Origin: Chloroflexota bacterium
GTDB taxonomy: Bacteria > Chloroflexota > Anaerolineae > Aggregatilineales > UBA3940
Direction of reading: 5' to 3'
DNA length: 64,000 bases
Assembly (NCBI GenBank): GCA_036679085.1
Contig: JAZIGM010000005.1
Span: forward strand, 204,098 to 268,097
In this document: piece by piece, positions 1-8,269 of the stretch
Position numbering within the stretch: the first letter of the stretch is position 1
How the letters are laid out: every line of letters begins with the position of its first letter
The notes under the pieces: model-generated
What the model was told of the DNA's origin: nothing
Seen by the model: the letters and a program-made list of their open reading frames with translations, nothing else
The model's database searches: none
Translations under genes and position numbers: made by a program

Positions 1-480
1 CGACCACACGCCGGGACGCGTCTCCTTGACCAGTATGTCGCCTTCCCTGGCAGAGTTGGGGACGACTTCACCACGCTTGATCATCGTCAGCGTGTTCCGC
101 CCCTCTTCGAACTCGAAGCGCACCTCGTCCATAAACTGCCGCATCAGGTGGAGCCCGATTCCGCCAGGGCGGATATCCTCCAGCTTGGCGTCGAGTTTTG
201 GCTCCGGCACGCTCGTCGGGTCAAACTGCTTGCCCTCGTCCACTACTATGATCTTACACAGTCCTGGCTCGACAATGCAGGTGACCTGTATCGTGCCGAT
301 GTTCTCGCCGCCGTATGCGTGCTCGATGATGTTGGTACAGGCTTCGTCGACAGCCATCTGGCAGTGGAAAATTTCAGATTCCTTCAGCCCTGCGGCAGCC
401 GCCGCTTCGCCGACGAAGTTGGTGATGGTTGGTATATTGGCATACCGACCACCGACAGTCAGGTGGCGCACATCTGGCAT
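1..480 (-). CDS. RsbW/SpoIIAB-type anti-sigma regulatory serine kinase (HATPase_c); 3' end runs off window
   Basis: Not in ORF track (no stop inside window). My translation of the minus strand from ATG at 480-478: MPDVRHLTVGGRYANIPTITNFVGEAAAAAGLKESEIFHCQMAVDEACTNIIEHAYGG...IRPGGIGLHLMRQFMDEVRFEFEEGRNTLTMIKRGEVVPNS... N-box (DEACTNIIEHA) and G-box (PGGIGLHL) are typical of RsbW-like kinases. The frame stays open to position 1. Lies directly downstream of the STAS gene. Confidence 0.7.
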   Translation of the reverse strand, partial: MPDVRHLTVGGRYANIPTITNFVGEAAAAAGLKESEIFHCQMAVDEACTNIIEHAYGGENIGTIQVTCIVEPGLCKIIVVDEGKQFDPTSVPEPKLDAKLEDIRPGGIGLHLMRQFMDEVRFEFEEGRNTLTMIKRGEVVPNSAREGDILVKETRPGVWS

Positions 481-517
481 GGGGGGTTGCCTCAGCGTAT
501 GCAAAGGCCAGCGAGGG

Positions 518-850
518 CTAGAAGCTGCCGACCGCATCAACCTGATTATCGTAGATTTGGAAGATCGAGTCGAGACCTGCCAGCTCTAACACCTCGGCCA
601 CGCGCTCGGAGGGCGCGCTCAACCGGACATCACCACCGGACGTCTTCGCCCGCTTCAATGCCGCGACCAGTTCCCGCAGGCCGGCGCTGCTCATGTAGTC
701 TACCTGGTTGAGGTCCACGACGATGTTCCGGTTGCCGCTATCCAGCCGCTCGTCAAGGGCTCGGCCAAGTTCGGGCGCTGTGCTGCTGTCCACACGCCCC
801 TCGACCAGGATCAAGGCAACCCGGTTCATCTGCTTTACGGTGATCTCCAT
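518..850 (-). CDS. STAS-domain anti-sigma-factor antagonist (SpoIIAA/RsbV-like)
   Basis: ORF 518..958 trimmed to the ATG at 850 (MEITVKQMNRVALILVEGRVDSS...), with AGGAGG about 11 nt upstream. Contains a DLNQVDYMSSAGLRELV motif with a phosphorylatable Ser. Confidence 0.85.
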   Translation of the reverse strand: MEITVKQMNRVALILVEGRVDSSTAPELGRALDERLDSGNRNIVVDLNQVDYMSSAGLRELVAALKRAKTSGGDVRLSAPSERVAEVLELAGLDSIFQIYDNQVDAVGSF

Positions 851-931
851 TTTTGAGGAAGCCTCCTGCACATGATGACACAGCCGACCTCGCACAGAGG
901 ACGGGCGACAAGATGTCGGGTTAACATTGGC

Positions 932-960
932 ATTATACAAGCACTCCCCGCTGGACACAA
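932..960 (-). promoter_or_regulatory. Candidate sigma70-type promoter for the STAS/RsbW operon
   Basis: On the minus strand: TTGTGT, 17 nt spacer, TATAAT, with TG at the extended -10 position (cttgTATAAT). Confidence 0.45.
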
Positions 961-994
961 TGACCTTTGTTGGTTTGGGGTTCGGTCCGCGCTG

Positions 995-1023
995 TAGCTA
1001 CCCACCTACCCGTATGCTAAAAT
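995..1023 (+). promoter_or_regulatory. Candidate extended -10 promoter for the ctp-ctp-smpB operon
   Basis: TGcTAAAAT at 1015-1023. The -35 box is weak. Confidence 0.4.
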
Positions 1024-1037
1024 CTGCCCAGGATGTC

Positions 1038-1060
1038 AAGCTGAGCGTGCTGCTCAGCTT
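1038..1060 (+). promoter_or_regulatory. 5'-leader stem-loop (9 bp stem, 5 nt loop) followed by TTTGTACTT
   Basis: aagctgagc-gtgct-gctcagctt, read directly. It starts about 8 nt after the predicted TSS. Could be an attenuator or a stabiliser. Confidence 0.4.
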
Positions 1061-1162
1061 TGTACTTCACTGAAAGCGTTCACCGGGAACCTGCGCCCGC
1101 CGGGGCAAGGCATGTTACCTTGAGGATAGCAGGATTACTGGAACGAGCAATCGAGAAATCTA

Positions 1163-2380
1163 ATGTCAACATATGAAAAACACACAGCCTGGCGGCTGTT
1201 TGGCCGCTCGGTGCTTCAGGGACTCATCGCCGGCATCCTGCTTGGCGGGGCGTTCATCGCCGGCTACCTCTACCATGCGAGGTTCAGCCGCCCCACCGCC
1301 ACCACCGACTACAGCCTGTTGCAGGAAGCCGAGGCCCTGCTGGAGAGGCACTTTCTGTACGACCTCCCCCCGCAGGAGAAGCTCGTATACGGGGCTGCTG
1401 CTGGCATGGTCGCTGCGCTGAACGACCCGTACACCTACTTCGCCGAGCCGCAAACCGCCGAGCTGGACAAGAACAACCTTGACGGCAGCTTCGGCGGGGT
1501 CGGCGCGGAGATTGGTGTGGACGAGCAGGGGCGCTACGTGATCGCACAGGTCTACGCCGACAACCCCGCGGAGGCAGCCGGCCTTAAAGCCGGCGATATT
1601 ATCCTGGCCGTGGATGGAACCGAGGTCCACGCCAGTTCGATAGATATGAACGGCCTGCTTGCCGCGATACGCGGCCCCGTCGGCGAGCCGGTCGAGTTGA
1701 CGCTTCAGCGCGGTGAGGAGGTGTTCACCGTCGAGATCGTTCGCGCTGAAGTCCTGCTACCGTCGGTGTTTGCGCGGGTGCTGGAAGAGGACCCCCGCGT
1801 CGGGTACATTCAGATCACCCGCTTTACCAACCGCACCGCCAGCGAAATGCGCGAGGCTATCAGCGACCTCCGGCGGCAGGGTGTCGAGGCCTATGTGCTC
1901 GATCTCCGGCACAATGGCGGCGGGCTTGTCAACGCGGCAGTCGACGTGGTAAGCGAGTTCCTGGATGGCGGCGTTGTGCTGTACGAAACGCGCCAGGGCG
2001 GGGAGGAGCGAACCTTCAGCGCCAGCCGGGGCGGCGCCGCGACCGAGGAGCCGCTGGTCGTGCTCGTCAATCGCGGCACGGCAAGCGCATCCGAGATCGT
2101 CGCCGGGGCGCTTCAGGATCGGGAGCGGGCGGTGCTGGTCGGTGAGCAGACATTTGGTAAGGGCTCGGTGCAGCTTATCCTGACGCTCAGCGACAGCTCG
2201 TCGCTGCACGTCACCACTGCCGAGTGGTACACACCGAACCGCCACCGCCTGCAGGATCAGGGCCTGACGCCGGACATCCCGGTTGAATCTGACGAGGACG
2301 GGCAGGCCGCCCTGAGCGCCGCCCTCGAATACTTGAACTCCGAGTTAGCCGTGGCGGAAGTAAGTGATGGAGCACGTTGA
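1163..2380 (+). CDS. S41 carboxy-terminal processing peptidase with PDZ domain (paralog 1)
   Basis: N-terminal TM helix, PDZ domain (GLKAGDIILAVDG), and S41 Ser/Lys motifs (NRGTASASEIVAGALQD, TFGKGSVQ). Confidence 0.9.
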   Translation: MSTYEKHTAWRLFGRSVLQGLIAGILLGGAFIAGYLYHARFSRPTATTDYSLLQEAEALLERHFLYDLPPQEKLVYGAAAGMVAALNDPYTYFAEPQTAELDKNNLDGSFGGVGAEIGVDEQGRYVIAQVYADNPAEAAGLKAGDIILAVDGTEVHASSIDMNGLLAAIRGPVGEPVELTLQRGEEVFTVEIVRAEVLLPSVFARVLEEDPRVGYIQITRFTNRTASEMREAISDLRRQGVEAYVLDLRHNGGGLVNAAVDVVSEFLDGGVVLYETRQGGEERTFSASRGGAATEEPLVVLVNRGTASASEIVAGALQDRERAVLVGEQTFGKGSVQLILTLSDSSSLHVTTAEWYTPNRHRLQDQGLTPDIPVESDEDGQAALSAALEYLNSELAVAEVSDGAR

Positions 2381-3719
2381 GTTTGGACGGGTCGGGCGCA
2401 CAATCGCAGACCGAAGCGCTAGATTGGGGATTCAGATGATGGAACGAGCGGATGAGCAGGCACACAGGACTCGCCTGTTCCGGTGGGCGCTTGCCGCCCT
2501 TTTAGGGTTAACCTTCACGGCAGTGGTCTTTACCGCAGGCTTCCTCACCGGAGCGCAGCTCGGCAATATTGGGCTTGCGGCTGCAGCAACCGAGGGGCCA
2601 GACCTCTCCGAACTCGGCGCACAGACCCGGCAGGAGCAGCCCGAAGACGTCGATATGGCTGTCTTCTGGGAGGTGTGGAACACGCTGGAGCGCCAGTACT
2701 TCGGCGAGTTGCCCGATGAAGAGGAGCGGATTCAGGGCGCGATCACGGGGCTGGTCAACTCGCTTGGCGACCCCTACACCGCCTACATACCGCCGTCCAT
2801 CGCCGACATCCTGCGCGAGGACAACACCGGCGAGTTCGAGGGCATCGGGGCCTTTGTTCAGGAAGCCCCCGAGGGTGGCGTGTTCATTGTGCGCGTGTTC
2901 GAGGACGGCCCGGCGGAACAGGCCGGCATCAGGGCCGGTGATGTGATCGTCGAGGTGGACGGCGTTGATATCACCGACAAGATCCTCAACGAGGCGCTGG
3001 TGATGATCCGCGGCAAGGCGGGCACAGAAGTTGATCTGACCGTGCTGCGCGAGGGTGAGGATGAGCTGATCGAGGTGACGGTCAAGCGCGCGCGGCTCCA
3101 GATCCCCACCGTCGAAGCCGAGATGCTTGAGGACGATATCGGGTACGTCTCGCTGTACCAGTTCAACGCGATTGCCACCGACCGGCTAACCGAAGCGGTT
3201 GAGGACCTGCTCGACCAGGGCGCACAGGCCATCATCCTCGACCTGCGCGACAACCCCGGCGGCTTCCTCGATCAGGCGGTGAGCGTCGCCGACCTGTTCC
3301 TGCCGCGCTCGCTCGTGCTCACCGAGCGGACGGTAACGGGTGAGGTCGAGGAGTTCCGCGTCAGCAGCGGCGACCTGGCGGAGGAAGTACCACTCGTTGT
3401 GCTGGTCAACCAGAACAGCGCCAGCGCCGCCGAGATCGTCGCCGCCGCTATTCAGGACAACGGGCGCGGCATCCTGATCGGAGAGACGACCTTCGGCAAG
3501 GGCTCGGTGCAGCTTATCTACAACCTCTCCGACAACGGGCAACTCCGCGTAACCTACGCCGAGTGGTTCACGCCCAACAACGCGTCGATCAGCGAGAATG
3601 GCGTGGAGCCTGACATCGTCGTGGAAACGGACGAGAACTCGCTTGATGAGGGCGCAGGGGACATCCAGCTTGAGCGCGCGATTGAATATCTGCAAGAAGA
3701 GCGAGTTGTTGAGGAATGA
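2364..3719 (+). CDS. S41 carboxy-terminal processing peptidase with PDZ domain (paralog 2)
   Basis: PDZ domain (GIRAGDVIVEVDG), NQNSASAAEIVAAAIQD, TFGKGSVQ. The start is uncertain: an in-frame ATGATG at 2436 (MMERADEQ...) is an alternative. Confidence 0.88.
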   Translation: MMEHVEFGRVGRTIADRSARLGIQMMERADEQAHRTRLFRWALAALLGLTFTAVVFTAGFLTGAQLGNIGLAAAATEGPDLSELGAQTRQEQPEDVDMAVFWEVWNTLERQYFGELPDEEERIQGAITGLVNSLGDPYTAYIPPSIADILREDNTGEFEGIGAFVQEAPEGGVFIVRVFEDGPAEQAGIRAGDVIVEVDGVDITDKILNEALVMIRGKAGTEVDLTVLREGEDELIEVTVKRARLQIPTVEAEMLEDDIGYVSLYQFNAIATDRLTEAVEDLLDQGAQAIILDLRDNPGGFLDQAVSVADLFLPRSLVLTERTVTGEVEEFRVSSGDLAEEVPLVVLVNQNSASAAEIVAAAIQDNGRGILIGETTFGKGSVQLIYNLSDNGQLRVTYAEWFTPNNASISENGVEPDIVVETDENSLDEGAGDIQLERAIEYLQEERVVEE

Positions 3720-4186
3720 CAACTGACAACGTCAAGGTCATCACCCGGAACCGGAAAGCACGCCACGAGTACCACATCGAAGAAACGCTGGAAGCCGGTA
3801 TGGTGCTAACCGGCACGGAGATCAAGTCGATCCGCGCCGGTCACGCCAGCATTCAGGAAGCGTTTGTGCAGGAGCGCGACGGAGAAATGTGGGTCGTGAA
3901 CATGCACATCGCGCAGTACGACCCGGCTCACCGCGACAACCACGACCCGCTACGCCCCCGCAAACTGCTGATGCACCGGCGCGAGATCGAGAACTGGGCT
4001 GCCGCTGCGCAGGCAAAGGGCTATACCATCATCCCGCTTGAACTGTACCTGCGGCGCGGGCGCGCCAAGCTGCTGATCGGGCTTGCCAGGGGCAAGAAGC
4101 TCTACGACAAGCGGCAGGCGATCGCCGAGCGCGACGCCGAGCGACGGATGCGCCGCGCCATGAGCGAGCGCCGGCGAGAGCAATAG
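3716..4186 (+). CDS. smpB: SsrA-binding protein SmpB
   Basis: RNRKARHEYHIEETLEAGMVLTGTEIKSIRAG..., with a basic C-terminal tail. The start overlaps the upstream stop (ATGA at 3716-3719). Confidence 0.95.
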   Translation: MTTDNVKVITRNRKARHEYHIEETLEAGMVLTGTEIKSIRAGHASIQEAFVQERDGEMWVVNMHIAQYDPAHRDNHDPLRPRKLLMHRREIENWAAAAQAKGYTIIPLELYLRRGRAKLLIGLARGKKLYDKRQAIAERDAERRMRRAMSERRREQ

Positions 4187-4984
4187 ATGCCTGACATTGA
4201 CCTGGATGCGATTGAGTGGCCCCGCTCCATTCGCGGGATCAATAACCTGGATGCCGAGCTTAAGCGTGCCATCTACCGCTCGCTGATCCCCGGCAACCTG
4301 CTTGAACGATTCGGTGTGCACCCGGACGACGAGAAACTCCTCCAGATCAAAGCTCCGGCGCACACCCGCTCGGTGAAGATCATCCTGTACCACGAGCCGA
4401 ACGCGCCCGACCCTGTGCTCTACCTGCACATGGCGGATACGCTCAACTTCCAGATCGCCCTGCTCCTGCTGGTGATCAACGACCCGTACGCCCCCCGGTT
4501 CAACACCGATGTGGACGAAAACGGGTTGCCGACCCGCTTCGGCACGCTGCGTCGCAATATCCCCGAGGAGATCCGCGCGATGGAAGCCGGGCTCTCACCC
4601 GGACAGGTGCGTCGCGGGTTGCGCCTCTCCGGGCAGGCCGTGCCCACCTTCGAGCGCTTCCTCGCGCGCGCCGGGCATGACATGGTAATTATTGAGCCGC
4701 TGACGTACCACAACGCCATCATCTACGAGCGGTACGGCTTCGCCTACTTCCAGGGGCGCCAGCGGCTGGAGTGGATCGACAGAGTGCTGCGCCCCGGGGG
4801 CGAGTTCTTCGACCGTTTCGACGGCTCGACCCCCTTCCGCCAGCCGGATGCCTGGCGCAGCATTCGCGGTCGTTCGTGGGCCATCCACGACGGTATCCTC
4901 GGTGAACCCTTCGGCGACATCCGCATGTACAAGCGAATCGGCAAGCACGCGGGTGTCAATACGTTCCCCGATGCAATCTGGTGA
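4187..4984 (+). CDS. Hypothetical protein (265 aa), no domain recognised; translationally abutted to smpB
   Basis: The ATG at 4187 immediately follows the smpB TAG (4184-4186). Amino-acid composition looks protein-like. The C-terminal part (LTYHNAIIYERYGFAYFQG) is vaguely acyltransferase-like. Confidence 0.7.
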   Translation: MPDIDLDAIEWPRSIRGINNLDAELKRAIYRSLIPGNLLERFGVHPDDEKLLQIKAPAHTRSVKIILYHEPNAPDPVLYLHMADTLNFQIALLLLVINDPYAPRFNTDVDENGLPTRFGTLRRNIPEEIRAMEAGLSPGQVRRGLRLSGQAVPTFERFLARAGHDMVIIEPLTYHNAIIYERYGFAYFQGRQRLEWIDRVLRPGGEFFDRFDGSTPFRQPDAWRSIRGRSWAIHDGILGEPFGDIRMYKRIGKHAGVNTFPDAIW

Positions 4985-4991
4985 AAAAACC

Positions 4992-5020
4992 TTGCCTAAA
5001 AAGGTCTAAATTCGTACAAT
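4992..5020 (+). promoter_or_regulatory. Candidate promoter of the cytochrome oxidase operon
   Basis: TTGCCT, 17 nt spacer, TACAAT. Followed by an AT-rich leader of about 110 nt. Confidence 0.45.
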
Positions 5021-5134
5021 TCTCATGAATACGGTCCGATTTGGCTTGTACAAAAGGCCAGATCGGATATACTTAACAAGTGTAATAGTGACATTTGACA
5101 CATATTCTGCCAATTTGGGTCAGGGTCATCTAGA

Positions 5135-6205
5135 ATGAGGCATCACGCAACGTTACAGAAGCTGAAGCGTCTTACGCTTGCGAGTGCTGCCATTGTCACA
5201 CTCGCCCTGGTTGTCCCCCTACGCGTACTGGCACAGTCTCCCTCCCCTCTCGCACCCGGTTCGCGCAACGCCGCCGCCACGGCAAACCTGTTCTGGGTTG
5301 TCTCTGGCATCGCGGCGGTCATCTTCATCATCGTCGAGGCACTGCTGCTCTACGCGATTATCCGCTACCGGCAGAAGTACCCCGACGACATGCCCGAGCA
5401 GATTCACGGGAATACGCGGCTGGAAATCGTGTGGACGATCATCCCGGCGCTGATTCTCGTTGTGCTGTTCGCCTTGACGCTGCCGGTGCTGCGGAACGAC
5501 CGCAACCCACCTGCCGACTCCATGGTCGTCGAGGTGACGGGCTACCAGTGGTTCTGGGAGTTCTCCTACCCCGAAACCGAGGTCACGATCAACAGCCGTG
5601 AGGGCGACCTGGTCATCCCGGCGAACAGGCCGATCATCTTCGAGGTCACCTCGGCGGACGTGATCCACAGTTTCTGGGTGGCGGAGCTTGCCGGCAAGAT
5701 CGACGCCATCCCCGGCCAGCGGCACATGGTGTGGTTCGCGGCGGAGGAGGGCACGTACGCGGGGCAGTGCGCGGAGTACTGCGGCCTGTCGCACTATGAT
5801 ATGCTGTTCGATGTGGTCGCCGTGCCCGAAGCCGAGTTCCAGGCGTGGATGAACGAGCAGGTCGAACTGGCCATGCAGTTCCAGCCTATTGGTGACGACA
5901 TGGAGCAGCCGCTGCCCGAGGGCGACCCGGCACGAGGCGAGCAGCTTTTCGCGCAGGAGCTTGGCTGCAACGCGTGCCACACGCTTGACGGCACGCAGCT
6001 CGTCGGCCCGTCGCTCCAGAACATCAGCGAGACTGCCGAGGAGCGGATCGAGGGGTACGACGCCATCACCTATCTGCGCGAGTCCATCCTGCTGCCCTGC
6101 GAGTATCTGGTCGAAGGCTTCACCTGCGTCATGCCTCAGAACTACGGTGAACGGCTCGACGCCGAGGGCCTGGCTGACCTGCTTGCGTACTTGATGGAGC
6201 AGTAA
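5135..6205 (+). CDS. ctaC: Cytochrome c oxidase subunit II with fused C-terminal cytochrome c (caa3-type)
   Basis: Signal/TM region, CuA site (HSFWV...CAEYCGLSHYDM) and a C-terminal heme-c motif CNACH. Confidence 0.93.
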   Translation: MRHHATLQKLKRLTLASAAIVTLALVVPLRVLAQSPSPLAPGSRNAAATANLFWVVSGIAAVIFIIVEALLLYAIIRYRQKYPDDMPEQIHGNTRLEIVWTIIPALILVVLFALTLPVLRNDRNPPADSMVVEVTGYQWFWEFSYPETEVTINSREGDLVIPANRPIIFEVTSADVIHSFWVAELAGKIDAIPGQRHMVWFAAEEGTYAGQCAEYCGLSHYDMLFDVVAVPEAEFQAWMNEQVELAMQFQPIGDDMEQPLPEGDPARGEQLFAQELGCNACHTLDGTQLVGPSLQNISETAEERIEGYDAITYLRESILLPCEYLVEGFTCVMPQNYGERLDAEGLADLLAYLMEQ

Positions 6206-6223
6206 ACCTTGTAGCACCAGTCT

Positions 6224-6260
6224 GTACGGGAGCCGAGGGGGGTAGAATCGGCTTCCGTAC
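6224..6260 (+). promoter_or_regulatory. Strong intercistronic stem-loop between ctaC and ctaD
   Basis: gtacgggagccga / tcggcttccgtac forms a 13 bp stem (one G.U pair) with an 11 nt loop. There is no T-tract afterwards, so it is not a classical terminator. Confidence 0.5.
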
Positions 6261-6324
6261 GGCTATAGAATGAAGTCAAGGACCCCTGTAAAAGGAACGA
6301 GAGAGCGGAAAGCGAGGCGTTATC

Positions 6325-7974
6325 ATGACAACAACCGCACCTCCTTATCCGGATGTCGGCCATGAGGCCGAGCCGCGCGGTTTGATTTCGTGGTTGACGA
6401 CCGTCGACCACAAGCGCATCGGGATCATGTACCTGGTCACGGGGATCGCGTTCTTCGCGATCGGCGGCATACTGGCGCTGCTCATTCGCGCCGAGCTTGC
6501 CCTGCCGGGCCAGCAGTTCGTGTCCGCCCAGGCGTACAACCGCCTGTTCGGTATGCACGGCACGACCATGATCTTCCTGTTCGCGATCCCGGTGCTGGTG
6601 GGGGTGGGTAACTACATCATCCCCCTGCAGATTGGTGCGCGCGACATGGCCTTCCCACGGCTGAATGCGCTTAGCTACTGGCTGCTGCTGTTCGGCGGTC
6701 TGGTGCTATATGCAAGCTGGTTCGTGCCGGAGGGCGCGCCCGCCATCGGCTGGACGGGCTACCCACCGCTGACTAACGCTGAGTACTCGCCCTATGCGGG
6801 CGTCGACCTGTGGGCGATCAGCATCATCATAACCGGCGCGTCCTCAACGATGGGCGCGGTGAACTTCATCACCACGATCCTGAACATGCGCGCACCGGGT
6901 ATGACGCTGTTCAAGATGCCCCTGTTCACCTGGTCGGTGCTGATTACCGCGTTCATGATCCTGATCGCCACGCCCATGCTGTCCGGCGGGCTGGCAATGC
7001 AACTTGCCGACCGCAACCTCGGCACGTCCTTCTTCGTCGCCGGGGAAGGTGACCCGGTGCTGTGGCAGCATCTGTTCTGGTTCTACTCGCACCCGGCGGT
7101 GTACATCATGATCCTGCCCGCAATGGGTGTCATCTCCGAGGTGCTGCCGGTCTTCTCGCGCAAGCCGATCTTCGGCTACAACGCCATCACCTGGTCGACC
7201 ATCGCCATCGGCGTGCTCGGCTTCGCGACGTGGGCTCACCACATGTTCACAACCGGCCTGCCCCCTCTACTGGAGGCGTTCTTCATCCTGTCGACGATGA
7301 CTATCGCGGTCCCGACCGGAGTGAAGATCTTCAACTGGATCTTCACCATGATCGGCGGTTCGCTGCGCTTCACGACGGCGATGATGTTTGCCATCGGCTT
7401 CATCAGCATGTTCGTCATCGGCGGCATCAGCGGCGTGTTCCAGGCCATCCTGCCGATTGACCGCCAGGTTCACGACACCTACTGGGTCGTCGCGCACCTG
7501 CACTACGTGCTGTTCGGCGGCATGGTGTTCGGCGTCTTCAGCGGGATCCACTACTGGTTCCCGAAGGTCACAGGCTACATGCTCAGCGAGAAGTGGGGCA
7601 AGCTGACCTTCTGGACGCTGTTCCTGGGCTTCAACCTCACCTTCTTCCCGATGCACATCCTCGGGCTGCTTGGCATGCCGCGCCGCTACTTCGACTACCC
7701 GGCATCGCGTGGCTGGACGGAGTACAACATAGCCTCGACCATCGGCGCGTTCCTGATCGCGCTCGGGGTGATGTTCTTCCTGTTCAACGTGTTCCTTGCC
7801 TTCCGCCGCAAGGAAGTGGCCGGGGACGACCCCTGGGAGGCGAACACGCTGGAGTGGGCAACGACCTCGCCGCCGCCGGTCTACAACTTTGCGCGCATCC
7901 CTGAAGTCACGAGCGACCGCCCGCTGTGGGATGCTCGCCAGAAGCTCCGCGAGGCACAGGGCCATGCGGACTGA
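6325..7974 (+). CDS. ctaD: Cytochrome c oxidase subunit I
   Basis: Multi-TM protein with WFYSHPAVYIMILP, WAHHMFTTG and VAHLHYVLFGG heme-copper oxidase signatures. Confidence 0.97.
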   Translation: MTTTAPPYPDVGHEAEPRGLISWLTTVDHKRIGIMYLVTGIAFFAIGGILALLIRAELALPGQQFVSAQAYNRLFGMHGTTMIFLFAIPVLVGVGNYIIPLQIGARDMAFPRLNALSYWLLLFGGLVLYASWFVPEGAPAIGWTGYPPLTNAEYSPYAGVDLWAISIIITGASSTMGAVNFITTILNMRAPGMTLFKMPLFTWSVLITAFMILIATPMLSGGLAMQLADRNLGTSFFVAGEGDPVLWQHLFWFYSHPAVYIMILPAMGVISEVLPVFSRKPIFGYNAITWSTIAIGVLGFATWAHHMFTTGLPPLLEAFFILSTMTIAVPTGVKIFNWIFTMIGGSLRFTTAMMFAIGFISMFVIGGISGVFQAILPIDRQVHDTYWVVAHLHYVLFGGMVFGVFSGIHYWFPKVTGYMLSEKWGKLTFWTLFLGFNLTFFPMHILGLLGMPRRYFDYPASRGWTEYNIASTIGAFLIALGVMFFLFNVFLAFRRKEVAGDDPWEANTLEWATTSPPPVYNFARIPEVTSDRPLWDARQKLREAQGHAD

Positions 7975-8029
7975 CATCACCAGCCCGGCAACGGGCACCA
8001 TTGATCGCTAGCACGGACAGGGGAGAAGG

Positions 8030-8218
8030 ATGAACGACCCAATCGTCGAGAACGCCGAAGAACCTATCGAGATTCACCTGCCTGAGCCGAGCATCGCACC
8101 GCTCATCGTCGCGGCGGGCATGACGTTCACTCTGACCGGTGTCCTGTCGCCCGTCCTGCTGTTCCTCGGAATTCTGCTGCTCGCAACCGGCATCGGCATG
8201 TGGGCATTTGGCAAATAG
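8030..8218 (+). CDS. Small 2-TM oxidase-associated protein (resembles the PSxxP two-helix module found as a subunit I C-terminal extension or in actinobacterial CtaF)
   Basis: Strong RBS (GGGGAGAAGG) directly upstream. The sequence PEPSIAPLIVAAGMTFTLTGVLSPVLLFLGILLLATGIGMWAF is a 2-helix hairpin. It sits between ctaD and ctaE. Confidence 0.6.
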   Translation: MNDPIVENAEEPIEIHLPEPSIAPLIVAAGMTFTLTGVLSPVLLFLGILLLATGIGMWAFGK

Positions 8219-8269
8219 CCGGGTCGGATGACTCCGGGGATTATTCAGAGGAGTTAGCAGGAGGTCACC

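Noticed and set aside
3716-5134. Looked for a tmRNA (ssrA) gene next to smpB.
   Set aside because: There is no tRNA-like acceptor/T-arm (GGTTCGA...CCA context) and no room for a ~350 nt RNA. The region downstream of smpB is occupied by a coupled protein-coding ORF and the cox promoter region.
5131-5136. TAGAAT hexamer immediately before ctaC as a -10 box.
   Set aside because: It overlaps the ATG start codon itself (ctaGAATGagg), so it cannot serve as the promoter of ctaC. TTGCCT-17-TACAAT at 4992-5020 is preferred.
6241-6270. Two TAGAAT boxes (ggTAGAATcgg and ctaTAGAATgaa) between ctaC and ctaD as a possible internal promoter.
   Set aside because: Neither has a credible -35 box at 16-18 nt, and both lie within or adjacent to the 13-bp stem-loop. 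I kept the hairpin as the feature and left the promoter idea unresolved.
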